Of a stretch of 64,000 bases of DNA, positions 21,192-31,382 are shown piece by piece. The notes under the pieces were generated by a model. The model searched no databases. It was not told where the DNA came from and saw only the letters and a list, made by a program, of their open reading frames with translations. How positions within the stretch are numbered: position 1 is the stretch's first letter; every line of letters begins with the position of its first letter. The translations under genes and the position numbers were made by a program. Origin of the DNA: an uncultured Actinomycetes bacterium (lineage in GTDB: Bacteria; Actinomycetota; UBA4738; HRBIN12); assembly GCA_963704885.1 (NCBI GenBank), contig CAVPIB010000007.1, positions 211,266 to 275,265 on the forward strand, written 5' to 3'.

Positions 21192-21669
21192 CTAGCCCGT
21201 TGCCCTGCTCGGTCCCAGGACGCGCCCGCTCGATGAACTCGGTCTGGGCGCCATCGGGATCGGACACGTAGGCGCCCTTCCCTCCCGCGTAGGCGCCAGG
21301 TCCATGTCGATAGGCTCCGCGGTGCGCGAACGCACGCCGGCAGCCCGCAGCTTGGCCAAGGTGATCGTCAGATCGTCCACCAGGAGCGAGAGGTGTGACC
21401 GTCCCGGCTCGTTCTCTGCACCCGTCGGAAGGGAAGTCCCGACGGGACGCCGGTACTGCATCAGGTCGACGGAGGTGCCCCCAGGGATCTTCGGCTCAGC
21501 CCATTCGATCTTGGTTCGGTCCAAAGCGGCCGACCTGTCGATCTGGTCCCACTCGATGGCGCCGCGCCCAACCACTTCCAGGCCCAGGAGATAGCCAGAA
21601 GGTGAGCGAACGCTCGATGTCGCTCACCGTGGCGCCGAAGTGATCGACGCCCGTGACCCCACCCGCCAT
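21192..21669 (-). CDS. VOC/glyoxalase family protein (frameshifted)
   Basis: VDHFGATVSDIERSLTFW, SHLSLLVDDL, DPDG. Confidence 0.75.
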
Positions 21670-21710
21670 CGACCTGCCTCCTGACCCGTGACGCCGGTGA
21701 CGTCTCAACA

Positions 21711-21728
21711 GAGCGGATGACCTGCTGA
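21711..21728. promoter_or_regulatory. Candidate operator GAGCRGATRACCTGCTGA (also 25528-25545; core at 15483-15492)
   Basis: Near-palindromic motif repeated in intergenic promoter regions of the island. Confidence 0.55.
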
Positions 21729-21731
21729 ACT

Positions 21732-22705
21732 GTGAACGATGCTACCATGCGCCACATCGGTAAGACCGAGGCGCCGTCGCGCGCGGCAGCCTTCGAGCTT
21801 CTGGTGCTGATCCGCCGCTTCGAAGAGGCGGCGAGACGCCTTTCTCTTTCCGCTTCGCTTCCGGGGGCTGTGCATCTCGCGACGGGGCGTGAGGCGGTGA
21901 GCGTTGGGGTCGGCTCGGGGATCGAACCTACGGACTGGGTAGCTTGTGCCTATCGGGGTCACGGACACGCTCTGACAGCCGGAGTGACTCCGCGCGCCCT
22001 CATGGCGGAGCTACTCGGTCGAGAGACCGGCATCTACGGTGGCCGTGCGGGATCGATGAACATCGTGGATCGCGAGCACCGATTGCTCGGTTCGATCGGG
22101 ATGATCGGCGGAAGCATCGCTGGCGCAACGGGGGCCGGACTGTCGCTTCGCGGCGCGGGCGCGGCCGCGATCGCGATCTTCGGTGACGGGGCGGTGGATC
22201 AGGCGTACTTCCTCGAATGCCTCAATCTCAGCAGCGGTGCTGTCCCTCCCGGTTCTGTTCGTGTGCGAGAACGATCTGTACAGCGAGTGCACCCGCACCG
22301 ATGTCGTCACCGGAGGCTCCGTCGCCGATCGCGCCAGGGCCATCGAAGTCGTCGCCGAGGTGGTGGACGGCATGGACGTGCGAGAAGTCGAAGCCGGGTA
22401 GCGAGCTCGCGCTCGAGGAGGTTCGGCGGGGTACCGGGCCCCGGTTCGTGGAGGCGAGACCTATCGGTTCGTGCCGCGCAGCCGAGCGATCCCGTTGCCT
22501 GCCAGCCTCCGACGAGGTCGAGCGATGGAAGGCGCGCGATCAGATCGATCAGGAGCGCGTCCGCCTGCTCGCCGAGGGCGCGGATGCAGGCGAGCTGGAA
22601 TTGGCTGGCGCGATCGATCGATGAGCAGGTCAAGGCCGCGATCGCGGCCGCGTTCGAGGATCCGATCCCGGAGTGGGGTAACTCCTGGACGGAGAGTTCG
22701 TCTGA
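21732..22705 (+). pseudogene. TPP-dependent 2-oxoacid/acetoin dehydrogenase E1 alpha, multiple frameshifts
   Basis: HLATGREA, YRGHGH, GGRAGSM, FGDGA, PVLFVCEN in shifting frames. Confidence 0.85.
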
Positions 22706-22716
22706 GCGCCGGATCG

Positions 22717-23700
22717 ATGTGGATCAGGGATGCCCTTCACGCCGCCCTCGCGGACGAGTTGTCCGCGGACGCGTCCGTAATCTTGTTGCGCGAAGACATC
22801 GGCATGGCCGGCGGCGTCTTCGCCGTCACGAGCGGTCTCATAGAGCGGTTCGGCCCGGAGCGGGTGATCGATGCGCCGATCTCCGAGCTGGCTCTGACCG
22901 GGGCAGGGAACGGCGCGCCGTGACCGGGTCGCGTCCGGTGGTGGAGATCATGTTCGGCGACTTCGTGGCGCTGGCGATGCGGTACACTCCTGGAACAGGC
23001 CGCGAAGTATGCGTTCGTCTCGAACGGGCAGGGCGGCGTACCGATAGTTGTCCGATGCGCCGTCGGAGGCGGGGCGCGCATCGAGGAGATGAACTCGCAG
23101 GTCCCTGCGTCGTGGTTCATGGGGCGTTCCAGGCCTGAAGATCATAGCTTCGAGCGATGCGGCGTCTGCCTACGTTCTGTTGCGGGCGTCGATCCGCGAT
23201 GACAACTAGGTCGTCTTCATGGAGCGCGAGATGCTCTATTCGGAGAAGGGTTGGAGTTGGAACGACGAGCCGAATGCCGATCGAGCGCGCCGCGATCGAT
23301 CGCGACGGGACGGACGTCACCATCGTCACAGCCATGCGATGGACACTTGATGCCGTCGAGGCGGCCGGGCGGCTGAGCGCTCGAGAACGGGATCGAGGCG
23401 GCCGTGAATCGAGTCTCCGATTCCTTCGTCCTCTCGACATCGGGACGATCATGTCCTCGCTGTCGATCGCCGAACCGCGCGATGGTCGTGGAAGAGGGGC
23501 CGAAGACCGGAGGATCGACGAGTGAGGTCGTCGCTTCGATCGACGAGACCGCCTCGGGGTGAGCTGGAGGACCTCTGGCGCCTGACGTCGCCTGACCTGC
23601 CGACACCATTCAGCGCGCCGTTGGAGGACGACTTCCTGCCGCGGGTTGACGCGGTCGTCGGATCGATCCTGAGCACGCCTGACCGGTCAGCGGCGAGCCG
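22717..23700 (+). pseudogene. Dehydrogenase E1 beta subunit, frameshifts and in-frame stop
   Basis: EDIGMAGGVF, FGPERVIDAPISE, RPVVEIMFGDF, GTDVTIV, PFSAPLED. Confidence 0.85.
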
Positions 23701-24669
23701 CGATCGCCTCTTCGGCGGCCGCCGACGCGGCGCCGGCCGTCAGGCCGTGCGTTTCGGCGACGTAGTCGTTGGTGCGAACGAGCAGAACTCGTCTCGCACG
23801 CCCACGCGGCCGCACGGGCGCCCCGACCCCTTCGCGCGCGAGCACCTCCGACACGCAAGAGAACGATCCGCCGATGGTCGAGTGGATCTCGGCCGTCACC
23901 AGCGCGCCCGTCTCGTGCGCGAGCGCGAGCAGCGCTGCGCCGTCGAACGGCTTGATGGTGGACATCTTCGACGCGGCGGCCGATACGCCCTGGTCTGCAA
24001 GCGCCGTCGCGGCATCGAGCGAGCGACGCACCATCACGCCGCTGGTGACGATACCCACGTCGGTCCCCTCGTGCAGGATCTGCCCCTCACCGATCCATGA
24101 ACGTGTGGCTTCCCTCTCCACGTATGGCGTCTCGCGGCCGAGCGGCTCGCGCAGGTGCACCGGACCCTCGAAGTAAACGAGCGCGTGCGTTGCCTCGGCC
24201 GTCTCGGCGTTGTCGCACGGGTCGATCACGGTCATGTTCGGCAGCGCTCGCATGTGCGCCAGGTCGTAGAATTCCTGGTGCGTCGGGCCGAACGTCGGGT
24301 GGATTTCCGGAAGCGCGGCCACTATCTCACGTTCGCACGGTTCAGCGCACATTGGATGGCTATGAAGTCGAGAGCTCGGCGCGTGGCGAACACGGCGAAC
24401 GTGGTGGCGACCGGTGTGAACCCTGCCTTCCACAGACCCACCGCCACGCTGATCAGGTTCTCCTCGGCCATGCCGACGTTGATGAACCGATCCGGGAACG
24501 CCTGGGCGAACGGGTGTAGTCCCGTGACGCCGGCGACGTCGGCGGAGAGCGTGACCACGTCTGGCCGGCGTTCGCCGATCTCCAGGATCGCGTGACCGAA
24601 CGGGCCGGACTTCGCCAAGACGACCGGGTCGACCGGTGGATGGCCCAGTGCCGGCAGCGTGTCGCTCAC
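23687..24669 (-). pseudogene. Transketolase C-terminal subunit (frameshifted)
   Basis: FPDRFINVGMAE, GPTHQ, RALPNMTVIDPCD, STIKPFD. Confidence 0.85.
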
Positions 24670-25500
24670 GTGGGTAGACTTCCAGCTGGCGCGTGACCGC
24701 GTCCCACTCGTCGTCGTCCACACGGACGAAGTGATTGCGTTCGCGCTCCATGATCAAGCGGAACGCCACATCCGAGCGTGGTGCGACAGACCACGGCCTT
24801 CGGTCGACCGGTCACCTCACGCGCCCGATCGAACGCGCCCAGCAGCGCCGCGATGTCGTTGCCGTCGACCTCGTCCACCCACCAGCCGAACGCGCGCCAC
24901 TTCTCAGCGTGCGGCTCGATCTCCAGGACCAGGTCGCCATCGGCCTGAACGCGATTGACGTCGAATTCGTTCACCAGGTTGTCAAGGCCTTGCGCCGCGG
25001 CGAACATCGCCGACTCCCAGGTGGAGCCCTCCTGGACCTCTCCGTCGGACATGAAGTTGAAGACGCGCGCCGGGTGGCCCTTCAGGCGGAGCCCGATCGC
25101 CAGGCCCGCCGCCACACCAAGGCCGTGCGCGAGTGAGCCGCCCGTCATTTCGATTGAACGGAGGGTGCCCCTCGTACGTGGACATGATGAGCGTGGTGCC
25201 GTCGGCACCGTAGGTGTCAAGATCCTCGCCCCCCAAGTGGCCTGCCTCCGCGAGTGCGGCCCACAGTCCGATGGAGTAGTGGCCCGCCGAGTAGATCAGG
25301 CGATCGATATCGGGAGAGCGGTCGACCGGGTCGTAGCGCATCTCAGATAGGAGTAGGACGGCGAGGATGTCGGCCACGTCCAGTCCCTGACCCACGTATC
25401 CCTCACCTTTGCCGGCGGACATCCGCACGACGTTCTTGCGTATCTGCTTTGCTCGGGTACGGAGCTCGTCTATGGACGCGCCAGTTGATCTTCGCTTCGG
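24666..25500 (-). pseudogene. Transketolase N-terminal subunit (AptA-like), frameshifted; start approximate
   Basis: GEGYVGQGL, SAGHY, TGGSLAHGL, SDGEVQEGSTWE, RERNHFVRV. Confidence 0.85.
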
Positions 25501-25612
25501 TTGCAGATGCCCTCCTAGTCAGAAGGTGAGCAGATAACCTGCTGACTCTCAGTATACGATGGCTGGAGATCGGGGTCGACCGGGCCGGGACGCCCGGCCG
25601 TAGGCTTAGCCC

Positions 25613-26494
25613 GTGATCGTGCACCTGGTGGACGGGACGTACGAGCTGTTCCGCTACCACTTCGGGGTGCCGTCACACGTGACCGACGACGGCCGCGAGG
25701 TCGCCGCCACGCGAGGGGTGCTCGGCTCCATGCTCTCCATGCTCGAGGGCGGTGCTACCCACGTGGGTATCGCCACCGATCACGTCATCGAGTCGTTCCG
25801 CAACGCGTTGCTCGAGAGCTACAAGACGGGCGAGGGCGTCGATCCCGTGCTCCGCTCGCAGTTCGAGCTGCTCGAAGACACGCTGAGGGCAGTCGGGTTC
25901 TGCGTGTGGCCGATGGAGGACTACGAGGCCGACGACGCACTCGGTTCGGCCGCGGCAGTGGCCGCTGCCGACATAAGGGTCGAGCGGGTGATCATCTGCA
26001 CGCCCGACAAGGATCTGGGCCAGTGCGTCAGCGCCGACGGGCGGGTCGTGCAGTTCGACCGGCGGAAGGAGTCGCTGACCGACTTCGCCGGCGTCGTCGC
26101 GAAGTTCGGAGTGGAGCCTGAGAGCATCCCGGACTATCTGGCTCTGGTCGGCGACACGGCCGATGGGATCCCCGGCGTGCCCGGCTGGGGGGCGAAGACC
26201 TCGGCCACGGTGCTGGCCCGCTACCGGCATCTGGAAGACATCCCGCTACAGGCGGGCCTCTGGGACATCTCCGTGCGGGGGAGGGCGAACCTGCTGCGAA
26301 CGCTGGCCGATCGGTTCGAGGACGCGTTCCTCTACCGGCGGCTGGCGACGATCGACACGAACGCGCCGACGATCAGTGACGTCGAGGAGCTCGAGTGGAC
26401 GGGTCCGGCCGAGGGCTTCGAGGAGTCGCTGAGGGCGATCGACGCCGATGGGTCCATCGCGCGCATCATGAGGCTCACCGACACGCGCGGTTGA
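25613..26494 (+). CDS. 5'-3' exonuclease / flap endonuclease
   Basis: LVDGTY, EADDA, PDKDL, DYLALVGDTADGIPGVPGWGAKT (H3TH). Confidence 0.93.
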   Translation: MIVHLVDGTYELFRYHFGVPSHVTDDGREVAATRGVLGSMLSMLEGGATHVGIATDHVIESFRNALLESYKTGEGVDPVLRSQFELLEDTLRAVGFCVWPMEDYEADDALGSAAAVAAADIRVERVIICTPDKDLGQCVSADGRVVQFDRRKESLTDFAGVVAKFGVEPESIPDYLALVGDTADGIPGVPGWGAKTSATVLARYRHLEDIPLQAGLWDISVRGRANLLRTLADRFEDAFLYRRLATIDTNAPTISDVEELEWTGPAEGFEESLRAIDADGSIARIMRLTDTRG

Positions 26495-26582
26495 GCGATC
26501 GTCCTCCCGGGTCGGCGACGCTGTTTCCGACCGGGGGCCACGTCACGCTAGGCTCTTTGCCTTCGCCGGAGGGAGCCGAGAC

Positions 26583-27695
26583 ATGCCGACACGCCACACG
26601 CCATACCACCAGCGGTTCATGGAGCTCGGGGCTGAGATGGGGGACCGGATCGGGTTCGACGCGGCGGTCGTGTTCTCATCGACCGAGAAGGAGCACCTGG
26701 CCACGCGCGAAGGCGTGGGGCTGTACGACGTCTACTACCAGGGGCCCATCGACATCAAAGGGCCGGACGCGCAGGCGCTCCTGGACCATGTGCTGGCGCG
26801 TGACGTGCCGCGGCGGTTGGCCACCGACGGTCAGGTGCTCTACTCCTCGGTCTGTAGCGCGGAGGGCGGGATGATCGACGACCTCACCGCTTACCGACTG
26901 GGACCTGAGCACTACTGGCTGATCGCCACGCCGGCCCGCGCCGAGATCGTCGGACTCACGTGACCGAGCACGCACGCGATCGCCGCGCCTTCGTGACCAA
27001 CTGCATCTCGGGCACTGCGTATCTGTCCGTGCAGGGCCCGGGTTCGCGCGAGCTGCTCGCGCCGCTCGCGGAGGCGGATCTGTCGACCGACCGGCTCCCC
27101 TACTTCAGGTGTGTTCGAACCGTGGTCGCCGACGTGCCCACCCTCGTGTCGCGCACGGGCTACTCGGGCGAGCTGGGGTACGAGCTCTACTACCCGCGCG
27201 ACTACGCGCTCCACATGTGGGACACGCTCACGAACGCCGGCGCCACGCCGTGCGGGCTGGGGGCGCTGCGCAGCGTTCGCATGGAGAAGAAGTACCCGCT
27301 CTACGGCCTGGACGTTAGCGAGACCACGTCGCCGCTGGAGGCGGGTCTGGGATGGGCGGTCGACCTGGATGGGTCGGACTTCATGGGACGCGACGCGCTG
27401 ATGCGTCAGCGCGATGAGGGGATCGCACGGCTCCTCACGGGGATCGAGTTCCCCGACCTGTCGTTCGTCCCGTCCGCTGGGGACGCCGTGGCGACCGCCG
27501 ACGGCGAGCCGCTCGGCACGCTCACGTCCGCGGACCGCGGCTGGTTCCTGGGCAAGGCGCTGGCGATGGGCTATCTGCCGTTCGACCTCGCCCGGTTCCA
27601 CCGTCACGGTGACCTCGGCCGACGGCACCCGGGGCGAGGGCGTGACTTCGGATCGACCGTTCTACGACCCGGACGGAACGCGCGTCCGCGCTTAG
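26583..27695 (+). CDS. Aminomethyltransferase (GcvT-like) family protein, two frameshifts
   Basis: EHLATREGVGLYDV, GGMIDD, VQGP, SRTGYSGELGYE, RMEK, PFYDP. Confidence 0.88.
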
Positions 27696-27706
27696 GGTGC
27701 CTGGCG

Positions 27707-28397
27707 ATGAGCGCATGGAATGTTCTCGGCAGGCGCGCCCTGGTGACGGGCGGCAACCGTGGCATCGGCCTGGAGGTCGTGCGGCTCTTGGGTCCGCATT
27801 GGCTTGGAGGTCTTCCTAGGCTCGCGCGATCCGGACGCGGGGGCGACCGCCGCCTCGGCGCTCGGATCGCCGGGTGTCACACCGGTTCGCATCGACGTAG
27901 CCGACCCCTCGAGCGTGATGGCCGCTCACGATTCACTGGCGCCGGCCGGTATCGACGTGCTGGTCAACAACGCCGCGGTCAACCCACGAGGTCGGGTGAC
28001 GCCGGAGGAGGCCGACCGGGCTTGGCAGGTGAACACGCTGGGGTGTTGGCGCGTGACACAGGCGTTCCTGACGCCGATGCGTGAGCACGGCTGGGGCCGG
28101 ATCGTGAACGTCTCTTCCGAGGTGGCCGCGAACGCGCATGAGCAGCGGGGTGGGGGCATCTACGCCGCGACGAAGATCGCTCTGAACGTCATGACTCGCG
28201 CGCTCGCAGAAGATCTAGAAGGGACCGGGATCTTGGTGAACGCGATCAGTCCGGGGTGGTGCCGATCGGACATGGGTGGGGCGAGTGCACCGCGATCGGT
28301 CGAGCAGGGTGCTGCGAGCATCGTCTGGGGTGTGACGCTCCTCGACGACGGTCCGTCCGGAGGCTACTTCCAGGACGGCGAACCGTTCGCCTGGTAG
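27707..28397 (+). CDS. SDR family oxidoreductase (frameshift near 27790)
   Basis: TGGNRGIG, NNA, YAATK, PGWCRSDMGG. Confidence 0.88.
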
Positions 28398-28493
28398 CGG
28401 CGAGCGCGAACCTTGTCGATATCCGCCGGGGCCCTTCGTCGTAGAGGGTGACGGTCCCGCGCCGGGACCCGCGAACCGCAAGGAGGGGATGGC

Positions 28494-28808
28494 ATGGCGA
28501 AGTACCTGCTGCTCTACGGAGGCGGCCAGATGCCCGAAGGTGAGGCAGCTCAGGCCCAGGTCATGGCGGCTTGGGAGGCGTGGTTCACGGAGCTCGGCCC
28601 GGCGGTCGCCGACCCCGGTAACCCGTTCACGCCCGCCGCGAAGAAGATCGCGAGCGACGGCGCCGTGGGTGACACCCACCCCACAGCAAGTGGCTACTCG
28701 ATCGTCGAGGCGGACTCGCTCGACATCGCGGCCAAGCTCGCCGCCGGATGCCCGGTCCTGCAGGGCGGTGCCGACATCACCGTCTTCGAGACCTTCAACG
28801 TGATGTAG
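28494..28808 (+). CDS. YCII-related protein
   Basis: MAKYLLLY, DPGNPF, SGYSIVEA, GCP; RBS aggagg. Confidence 0.8.
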   Translation: MAKYLLLYGGGQMPEGEAAQAQVMAAWEAWFTELGPAVADPGNPFTPAAKKIASDGAVGDTHPTASGYSIVEADSLDIAAKLAAGCPVLQGGADITVFETFNVM

Positions 28809-28826
28809 GAACCTCCACGGGTATGT

Positions 28827-28856
28827 GAGCGCGGCGGCGTCCTCGCCGCCGCGTTC
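28827..28856. terminator. Hairpin between convergent genes
   Basis: cgcggcggcg-tcct-cgccgccgcg. Confidence 0.65.
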
Positions 28857-28862
28857 GCGTAT

Positions 28863-29276
28863 CTAGGCGCGGTCGAGGACGATCACCGGGATCGTTCGAT
28901 GCCCGGCGGTCTTCTCCTCGTACTCGCCGAACTGTGGGAACTTCGCCACCTGCCGAGCGTAGAGTTCGTCGCGTTCTGGCCCCTCGCGGAGGATCTTCGC
29001 GTTCACGGGGACGCTTTCGATTCCCAGCTCGATCGTGGCGTGTGCATCGGCCTCCAGGTTGAGGAACCAGTGCGGGTGCGCGACGTGGCCGCCCTTCGAC
29101 GCGAAGATGACCCACTGTTCGCCATCGGGCAGGTACATCAATGGACACACGTGCTCGCCTCCGGTGCGGCGTCCTGTTGAGTGCAACAGAAGGAGAGGCG
29201 CCCCTTCGAACGTGCCGCCGACGCGACCCTCGTTCGATCGGAACTCCTCGATGACGTTCGTGTTCCAGTCGCTCAC
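28863..29276 (-). CDS. Deazaflavin (F420)-dependent nitroreductase family oxidoreductase
   Basis: NVIEEFRSNEGRVGG, TGRRTG, ASKGG..HPHWFLNL, RTIPV. Confidence 0.92.
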   Translation of the reverse strand: MSDWNTNVIEEFRSNEGRVGGTFEGAPLLLLHSTGRRTGGEHVCPLMYLPDGEQWVIFASKGGHVAHPHWFLNLEADAHATIELGIESVPVNAKILREGPERDELYARQVAKFPQFGEYEEKTAGHRTIPVIVLDRA

Positions 29277-29306
29277 GCGTACTCCTTTTCAAGGTGTCGC
29301 GGGTGG

Positions 29307-29333
29307 AACCTGACGGAGCCGAGAAGCATTCCC
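29307..29333 (-). promoter_or_regulatory. SigH/SigR-type promoter GGAAT-N18-GTT
   Basis: Minus strand gggaat-gcttctcggctccgtcag-gtt, 30 bp upstream of the GTG. Confidence 0.65.
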
Positions 29334-29349
29334 GAACGACCGGCCCTCT

Positions 29350-30573
29350 TCAGCTGCTTCCCGTGACCTTGGCACGAGGTCGCTCGAAGCGTCCGAAGAT
29401 GGCGATCATGCCGAGGAGGATCATTCCCGGGACGAACAACCATGGTGCGCGTTCCGCCCACCATCGTGCCGTGCTGTCCGTCTCGTGGCCGAATCCGAGC
29501 GGCCAGAGCAGGAGCACGGCAAGCAGGTAGGCGGTCATGTGCCAAAGGAACAGTGTCATGATCACGCCGTTCACGGCGATCGTGAACGTCCACGGCCGCC
29601 GGCGTTGGAGCCATCTAGAGAGCCGGGGCCGAAGCAGCATCACCGCGCCGATCGACCACACGCCGCCGAGCATGAAGCAGACCGTGGGTGGGTAGGCGTT
29701 CGACACGGCCTCGATGTCCGTGCCGAGCAGGCTCTTCGGGTAGGTGCCGATCCCTGGGAACCAGGAGTAACGGATGTCGCCGAACAGCTTCCACAGGGGA
29801 GGGTTCGTCAGAAGGATCAAGCCCGAGAGGCCCGCGACGACCATCGCCCAGAACGCCCTGCGGGGCCATCGCGTCATGCTCTCATCGCCGTAAGCGTGTC
29901 CTAGCTGATGTGGGAACAGCAGGACGAACGCCACGTTTGCCCAGCGAGCGAGGGGATGTCCGCCCATGAACCCGATCGCATCCGTGAGGAACGCTCCTGC
30001 GACCATCGCCGCCGGGACCCAGAGCCCGAAACGTCGGTGCAGGGCGATCGTCCACGGCGAGATGCAGACGACCACGACGTAGACGGCCAGGAACCAGAGG
30101 GGGCCGAACGGGATCGTCGCGCCCGGCGGGAGCATTCCGCGCAGCAGTCTGGTGTCTCCCCAAAGAGGCGGTCCCGCGGTGGCGCCTATGTCGGCTAGGT
30201 GCAGCGCGATCTGTACGACGGCCCATACACCCAGGAACACGAGCGACGGGCGCAGGAGCCGTGCGAGACGGTCACGGACGAACGCGCCGGTCGACTTGCC
30301 TCGCTCCTGATAGGAATCGAACGCTACGAGGTTAGAGAAGCCACCCACGAAGAAGAAGATCGGCATCACCTGGAGGAACCAGGTCGCCAGCCAGAGCCAC
30401 GACGTGAGGCCGATCGCACTGGTCGATCGGATGAACCCGTGATCCCAAGCGATCATCGCGATCGTCCAGTGGCCGACCACGACACACAGGATGCTCACTG
30501 CACGCAGGAAGTCGACATAGCGATCCCGCGTTGCGGGGGTCCGATCGGCCAGCTCGCCGATGCTCGCCGTCAT
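29350..30573 (-). CDS. Acyltransferase 3 family membrane protein
   Basis: RDRYVDFLRA..VVVGHW, QVMPIFFFVGG, LWFL, PPT, MTLFLWH. Confidence 0.9.
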   Translation of the reverse strand: MTASIGELADRTPATRDRYVDFLRAVSILCVVVGHWTIAMIAWDHGFIRSTSAIGLTSWLWLATWFLQVMPIFFFVGGFSNLVAFDSYQERGKSTGAFVRDRLARLLRPSLVFLGVWAVVQIALHLADIGATAGPPLWGDTRLLRGMLPPGATIPFGPLWFLAVYVVVVCISPWTIALHRRFGLWVPAAMVAGAFLTDAIGFMGGHPLARWANVAFVLLFPHQLGHAYGDESMTRWPRRAFWAMVVAGLSGLILLTNPPLWKLFGDIRYSWFPGIGTYPKSLLGTDIEAVSNAYPPTVCFMLGGVWSIGAVMLLRPRLSRWLQRRRPWTFTIAVNGVIMTLFLWHMTAYLLAVLLLWPLGFGHETDSTARWWAERAPWLFVPGMILLGMIAIFGRFERPRAKVTGSS

Positions 30574-30582
30574 GGGTCAAGT

Positions 30583-31269
30583 TCACGCGTCTCGGCGCGT
30601 CAGGTCAAGGGGCGAGGGCCATCGACCGTGGGAGAGCGTGTGTGCGTATGCGACGAGCGCGACGGCCACCAGGATGTGCCAGATCGCATGCCACTGGAAC
30701 AAGCTCTCGGGCCGGCAGAGCGGCGAGCCCGTCTGGCCCAACAGATATGCGACTCCACCCAGCGCGATCGCGGCCAGACCAACCTTGCGGGCGAGGGCTC
30801 CACGCCGGAGACCCTCGGACCGGCGGGTTCGGCGATCGCCGGAGAGCGTCGTGACCTCGCCTAGGACCGCGCCCGCGGCCAAGGTGCCTGCGAACGGATC
30901 CGACGCGCCGTTGATGGCGGCAAGGCCCAGTCCGATGGCGACGAGACCGATCGCGTAGCCACCCGCCTGTATGCCTGGACGCCACCCAAGGATGTGTCCG
31001 AACGCGCGGACCGCGATGAAGAGCAGGACGGCCATGATCGCGGCGTCGTGCGCCCACTGCGCCCAAGAGGGATCGGGACCGTGAAGCGCGAAGCTCCCAA
31101 CGCCGTTCGCGGCCACCGCGAGCGCGAGCACCAGCAGGGCGGTGCGCGTCGTGCCTTCGCGCCGGAACGCGAAGATCAGGATGCAGCCGGCGGCGACCAG
31201 GAACGCCATGCTAGATAGGGCGTTCGTGGGTTGGTGGAGGAAGCCCGAGACGATGAGTTCGCAGTCCAT
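30583..31269 (-). CDS. Ceramidase-like (CREST superfamily) membrane protein
   Basis: N-terminal DCE, NALSS, GSFALH, HAIWH Zn-type motifs. Confidence 0.7.
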   Translation of the reverse strand: MDCELIVSGFLHQPTNALSSMAFLVAAGCILIFAFRREGTTRTALLVLALAVAANGVGSFALHGPDPSWAQWAHDAAIMAVLLFIAVRAFGHILGWRPGIQAGGYAIGLVAIGLGLAAINGASDPFAGTLAAGAVLGEVTTLSGDRRTRRSEGLRRGALARKVGLAAIALGGVAYLLGQTGSPLCRPESLFQWHAIWHILVAVALVAYAHTLSHGRWPSPLDLTRRDA

Positions 31270-31382
31270 GGCCGTTCAGTCATCATCGCACCCCGAGCGC
31301 CGTGGCTATCACTCGATCCCTCGCCAAGGATGGCTGGTTTCCCTGATGCTTTGGTCGACCCGACCTGTCAGACTCCCGACCG

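Noticed and set aside
26583-28397. Programmed frameshifting in GcvT-like and SDR genes (also SulP, VWA, HNH)
   Set aside because: No slippery heptamers; scattered single-base indels are better explained by sequencing error.
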